Source: a bacterium (GTDB lineage Bacteria > Zhuqueibacterota > Zhuqueibacteria > Oceanimicrobiales > Oceanimicrobiaceae). Taken from it: a DNA stretch of 64,000 nucleotides. Below are positions 59,950-64,000 of the stretch, piece by piece; positions within the stretch are counted from its first letter, which is position 1, and every line of letters starts with the position of its first letter. The position numbers and the translations under genes were made by a program. Below the pieces are notes generated by a model. That model had not been told where the DNA came from and made no database searches. It saw only the letters and a list, made by a program, of their open reading frames with translations. The DNA lies in assembly GCA_037446635.1 (NCBI GenBank), contig JBBIIG010000004.1:12186-76185 (forward strand), in the 5' to 3' direction.

Positions 59950-62439
59950 TTATCCTTCGATCTCTTGTTCTTTGGGTTTTTGTTTATTGCGGTTCGGGGC
60001 AACTTTGGTGATCTTTTTGCGCTCCACTTCCACAAACTCCAGCTCCTCGCCTTTTTTGCGCACCTGTATGCGGCTGCCTTCGGAGAATTTATTTTTGAGA
60101 ATTTCTTCCGCAATCGGATCTTCCACATACTTTTGGATGGTGCGGCGCAGCGGCCGCGCGCCATACACCGGATCGAATCCGCGTTCCACCACGAATTCTT
60201 TGGCGCTCTTGGTGAGCTCCACTTCGATGGACATGTCTTCGACTTTCTTCAAAGTCTCGGCAATCACCACGTCCACGATTTGCAGCATGTGTTCTTTGGC
60301 CAGCGAACGGAAGACCACAATTTCATCGACGCGGTTGATGAATTCCGGATTAAAAATGCGCTTGACCTCGTCCATGATTTTGTGGCGCATAGCCTCGTAG
60401 TCGATGTCGTCGCGGATGGCTGCGAACCCGATGCCGCCGCCTTTGCGGATTTCGCGCGCGCCGATGTTGGAGGTCATGATCAAAATAGTGTTGCGGAAAT
60501 CCACGCGGCGGCCGAGGCCGTCGGTCAATTGGCCGTCATCCAAAATTTGCAGCAGGATATTGAATACATCCGGATGGGCTTTTTCGATTTCATCAAACAA
60601 GACCACGCTGTAGGGGTGGCGGCGCACTTTTTCGGTGAGCTGCCCGCCCTCTTCGTAACCGACGTATCCCGGAGGCGCGCCGGTCAAACGCGACACGGAG
60701 AATTTCTCCATGTACTCCGACATGTCGATGCGCACCAATGAATCTTCATCTTCAAACAACGCGATTGCCAATTCTTTTGCCAATTGGGTTTTACCCACGC
60801 CGGTGGGGCCGAGAAAAATGAAGGAGCCGATGGGGCGATGCGGGTCTTTCAAGCCCGCGCGAGTGCGGCGGATGGCTTTGCTCAACAGCTTGATGGCGTC
60901 GTCCTGGCCAATGATGTGCCGCTTGAGGACGTCTTCCAAATTTAAAATCTTTTCCGATTCCGATTGCGCCACTTTCTTCACCGGGATGCCGGTCATCATC
61001 GAAACTACTTCCGCGATATCATCTTCGGTGACGGTTGCGAGATAATCTTCTTCGGAATCTTTCCACCTTCGCTTGGCGGCGTCCAATTTGCGGTTAAGCC
61101 GCTTTTCCTGATCACGCAAAATGGCGGCGCGCTCGAACTCCTGGGCTTTGATGACCGCGTCTTTGTCGCGGCGTACTTTTTTAATTTCTTCCTCCAGCTC
61201 GGTGATCTCTTTTGGCACCACAATGTTGGCAAGATGCACGCGCGCGCCGGCCTCGTCCAACACGTCGATGGATTTGTCGGGTAAAAAGCGATCGGTGATG
61301 TAGCGCTCCGAAAGTTTGACCGCGGCTTTGATGGCGCCGTCATCGTAGTAAACTTTGTGGTGTTTTTCGTAGCGATCTTTCAGTCCTTCCAAAATTTGCA
61401 GCGTCTCATCGGCGGAGGGCGGATCGACCATAATTTTCTGGAAGCGGCGCTCGAGCGCTCCGTCTTTTTCAATGTACTGGCGGAACTCGTCGAGGGTGGT
61501 GGCGCCGATACATTGCAGCTCGCCGCGCGCCAACGCCGGCTTGAACATATTGGAAGCATCCAACGAGCCGGAAGCGCCGCCAGCGCCAACGATGGTGTGC
61601 AGCTCGTCAATAAACAAAATGACGTCTTTGGCGCGCTGCAGCTCGTTCATAATCGCCTTCATGCGTTCTTCGAACTGGCCGCGGTACTTGGTACCGGCGA
61701 CGATGGCGCCCAGGTCTAGCGTCACCACGCGCTTGTTGTGAAGTATGCGCGGCACTTTGCGCTCGACGATTCGCAGCGCCAAGCCTTCGGCGATGGCGGT
61801 TTTGCCAACGCCCGGCTCGCCGATCAGCACCGGGTTGTTTTTCTTCCGGCGGCTGAGAATCTGCGCCACGCGCTGAATTTCATTGTCGCGGCCGATGATG
61901 GGATCGAGTTCGCCCTTGCGCGCCAGCTCGGTGAGATCGCGGCCAAAATGATCGAGGGCCGGGGTTTTTGATTTTTGTGGGTTGGATTCGCGGTTGCTGG
62001 GAGCGCCGCGCAAAATGTTTTCCAATTCTTCGCGCACGGTGTCGTAGGTCACGTCGTAGCTCATCAGCACTTGCGCGGCCACGCCGTCTTTTTCTTTCAC
62101 CAATGCCAGCAGCAGGTGCTCGGTGCCGATGATATCGGATTTGTATTTTTCCGCTTCCACGTAAGCCATTTTCAAAATCTTTTCCGCGCGCTTGGTAAAC
62201 GGGATGTTGCCAATGGTCATGGTATCGCCGCTCGACTTCACTGAGTCTTCGATGGAGCGTTTAATTTCATCGAGATCGCACCCCAGGTTGCGGAGAATTT
62301 CAACAGCGATGCCCTCCCCTTCCCGGATCAAACCCAATAACAAGTGCTCCGTCCCGATATAATCGTGGCCTAAACGCAGCGCCTCCTCGCGGGAAAATTG
62401 AATGACCATTTGCACTCGGCTCGAAAAGTTATTCTTCAT
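59950..62439 (-). CDS. clpC: ATP-dependent Clp protease ATPase subunit ClpC
   Basis: Two Clp-N repeats, [11 protein letters not shown] middle domain, [12 protein letters not shown] ClpP-binding loop. Confidence 0.96.
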   Translation of the reverse strand: MKNNFSSRVQMVIQFSREEALRLGHDYIGTEHLLLGLIREGEGIAVEILRNLGCDLDEIKRSIEDSVKSSGDTMTIGNIPFTKRAEKILKMAYVEAEKYKSDIIGTEHLLLALVKEKDGVAAQVLMSYDVTYDTVREELENILRGAPSNRESNPQKSKTPALDHFGRDLTELARKGELDPIIGRDNEIQRVAQILSRRKKNNPVLIGEPGVGKTAIAEGLALRIVERKVPRILHNKRVVTLDLGAIVAGTKYRGQFEERMKAIMNELQRAKDVILFIDELHTIVGAGGASGSLDASNMFKPALARGELQCIGATTLDEFRQYIEKDGALERRFQKIMVDPPSADETLQILEGLKDRYEKHHKVYYDDGAIKAAVKLSERYITDRFLPDKSIDVLDEAGARVHLANIVVPKEITELEEEIKKVRRDKDAVIKAQEFERAAILRDQEKRLNRKLDAAKRRWKDSEEDYLATVTEDDIAEVVSMMTGIPVKKVAQSESEKILNLEDVLKRHIIGQDDAIKLLSKAIRRTRAGLKDPHRPIGSFIFLGPTGVGKTQLAKELAIALFEDEDSLVRIDMSEYMEKFSVSRLTGAPPGYVGYEEGGQLTEKVRRHPYSVVLFDEIEKAHPDVFNILLQILDDGQLTDGLGRRVDFRNTILIMTSNIGAREIRKGGGIGFAAIRDDIDYEAMRHKIMDEVKRIFNPEFINRVDEIVVFRSLAKEHMLQIVDVVIAETLKKVEDMSIEVELTKSAKEFVVERGFDPVYGARPLRRTIQKYVEDPIAEEILKNKFSEGSRIQVRKKGEELEFVEVERKKITKVAPNRNKQKPKEQEIEG

Positions 62440-62513
62440 AGGTTAAGACTCCATGGCTAAAAATCATTAAATCGCTTCTGACAACAACAATATTAAAATA
62501 ATTTTGCTTCCAG

Positions 62514-63581
62514 TCAATTAATTTTATCTTTTAAAAATTCTCGGATAAATCGCGCGCGATAAACGTCGCGTTCTTCCGATTGCAAATTCCTTTTAAACAC
62601 TTTTTGCAAATGCGCCGGCTGAACCAGCACCGTCAACTGATTTAAAGCGGCGCGGGTAATCTTTTTTAGAATTCCTGATTCCTTCCCCAGGCGAATCGCG
62701 GAAATTAGGTTCAGAGATTCCAACGTGCTCATCATGCGGGCGTTGGTCAAAAGTCCGATCGCCCGATAAACGGAATCTTCCAATTTGAGCTTGTCGTTGG
62801 CGGCCAAATCTGCGCGCGCCGCCCGCTCCATCGCAACGATTTTTTCGGAGACGTCGAGCATGCGTTTGATGACCCCCTTTTCCGTCAACCCCAGGGTGAG
62901 CTGGTTGGAGATTTGAAAAATGTTTCCCACGGAATCGCTGCCCTCGCCGTAAAATCCGCGCACGGCAATTTCCGAGGTGGGCAAATCATTCAAAACTTTG
63001 TTGATTTTTTCGCTGAGCGCCAGCGCCGGCAAATGAATGAAGATCGAGACCCGCAGGCCGGTTCCGAGATTGGTGGGGCAGGCCGTCAGGTAACCAAATT
63101 GATTCGAGAAGGAAAATTCTAATTGTGCTCCCAATTCATCATCCACGGCGCTGATGAGCTTCCAGGCTTTCTGAATGCCCAAGCCGGCTTCCAGGGCCTG
63201 GATGCGCAGATGGTCTTCTTCGTTTACCATGATGCTGACCGCCTCTTCTGCAGACACGATCAACAACGCCGGCTTTTTGCTGGCGACGAACTGCGGGCTG
63301 GCGAGGCGGCGTTCCACCAAAAATCGCGCCTCCAATTCCGTGAAGCGCCCGATCTCCAGGAAGCGGGCGCCGTCTAAAAGCTTGGAGTGATCGCAGGCGG
63401 ACTTCACTTTTTCAATCACCCGATTCAACACGTCGCGATTGGCGCGGTTGGGAAAAGGCAGGCCTGCGAGGTTACGCGCCAGGCGGATGCGCGAAGAAAT
63501 GATGACGTCCGAATACGCATCCTCATCGCTTAACCAATTTCCAAAATTAAATAAATCTTCTTTTGAGGTAGCCGGCTTCAT
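62514..63581 (-). CDS. mcsB: Protein arginine kinase McsB
   Basis: SSRIRLARN, VNEEDHLR, TACPTNLGTG; between mcsA and clpC. Confidence 0.93.
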   Translation of the reverse strand: MKPATSKEDLFNFGNWLSDEDAYSDVIISSRIRLARNLAGLPFPNRANRDVLNRVIEKVKSACDHSKLLDGARFLEIGRFTELEARFLVERRLASPQFVASKKPALLIVSAEEAVSIMVNEEDHLRIQALEAGLGIQKAWKLISAVDDELGAQLEFSFSNQFGYLTACPTNLGTGLRVSIFIHLPALALSEKINKVLNDLPTSEIAVRGFYGEGSDSVGNIFQISNQLTLGLTEKGVIKRMLDVSEKIVAMERAARADLAANDKLKLEDSVYRAIGLLTNARMMSTLESLNLISAIRLGKESGILKKITRAALNQLTVLVQPAHLQKVFKRNLQSEERDVYRARFIREFLKDKIN

Positions 63582-64000
63582 CGCAACATTCCATTTTCCA
63601 GGTCGCTTTTATCGATCTCGCGCTCGGCGTCGCGAATAATATCCCGCAGCTGCGCCGCCTTTTCAAAATTTTCGGATTTGATCGCCCGTTCCAATTGCGT
63701 CCTGAAATTTTTAATCTTAGAATGATCGACGACGCGCCGAAACGATTTCGGGCAACTGCCGATGTGCTGGTTGCTGCCGTGAATGCGCCGCAATACCAGG
63801 TTTAAATCTTCCAAGAAAATATCGTAGCATTGGCCGCAGCCGAGGAGTCCGGTTTTCTCAAACGTTTCCCAGCTCGTGCCGCAGCCCGGACAGCGCCGCT
63901 TATCATTCGATTGTTCGCGCCGCAGAGTATACTCTCCCAGCAACTCGGCGATAAAATTTCCAAACATCTGCGGCAGGGCGCTGAAGGGATTATCGACGCC
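63578..64000 (-). CDS. mcsA: McsA (partial; start lies beyond the window)
   Basis: CPGC, LGCGQCY, RRIHG, UVR motif ENFEKAAQLRD. Confidence 0.88.
   Translation of the reverse strand, partial: GVDNPFSALPQMFGNFIAELLGEYTLRREQSNDKRRCPGCGTSWETFEKTGLLGCGQCYDIFLEDLNLVLRRIHGSNQHIGSCPKSFRRVVDHSKIKNFRTQLERAIKSENFEKAAQLRDIIRDAEREIDKSDLENGMLR

Overview
Bacterial chromosomal window with GC-rich core genes and AT-rich inserts. Secreted proteins ending in QNYPNPFNP-type sorting domains suggest an FCB-group lineage such as KSB1 (inference). Core content: a fatty-acid degradation unit (TetR/FadR-like regulator with an operator box, fadB/J, large acyl-CoA dehydrogenase), an M28 peptidase, a sulfur-carrier cysteine-synthesis operon (cysM, JAMM peptidase, MoaD/ThiS-MoeB-rhodanese fusion), propionyl-CoA/methylmalonyl-CoA genes (pccB, biotin carboxylase, meaB, split mutase), recQ, several enzymes and sensors, and mcsA-mcsB-clpC. 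These operons are repeatedly interrupted by toxin-antitoxin-like cassettes, a low-GC island, an XRE/AraC/TolB/S8-protease island and many short palindromic repeats. The best candidate for a new system is an unannotated 33-aa Cys/Met-rich leader peptide with overlapping antiterminator and terminator hairpins upstream of cysM, i.e. a trp-style cysteine-sensing attenuator. Also notable: 18-nt palindromes inserted in frame inside a protein gene, a GIY-YIG gene bracketed by ~143-bp palindromic repeats, and a cassette that appears to have replaced the 3' end of the TetR gene. No rRNA, tRNA, CRISPR array, integrase or transposase was seen. All calls are from reading the sequence; no searches were run.
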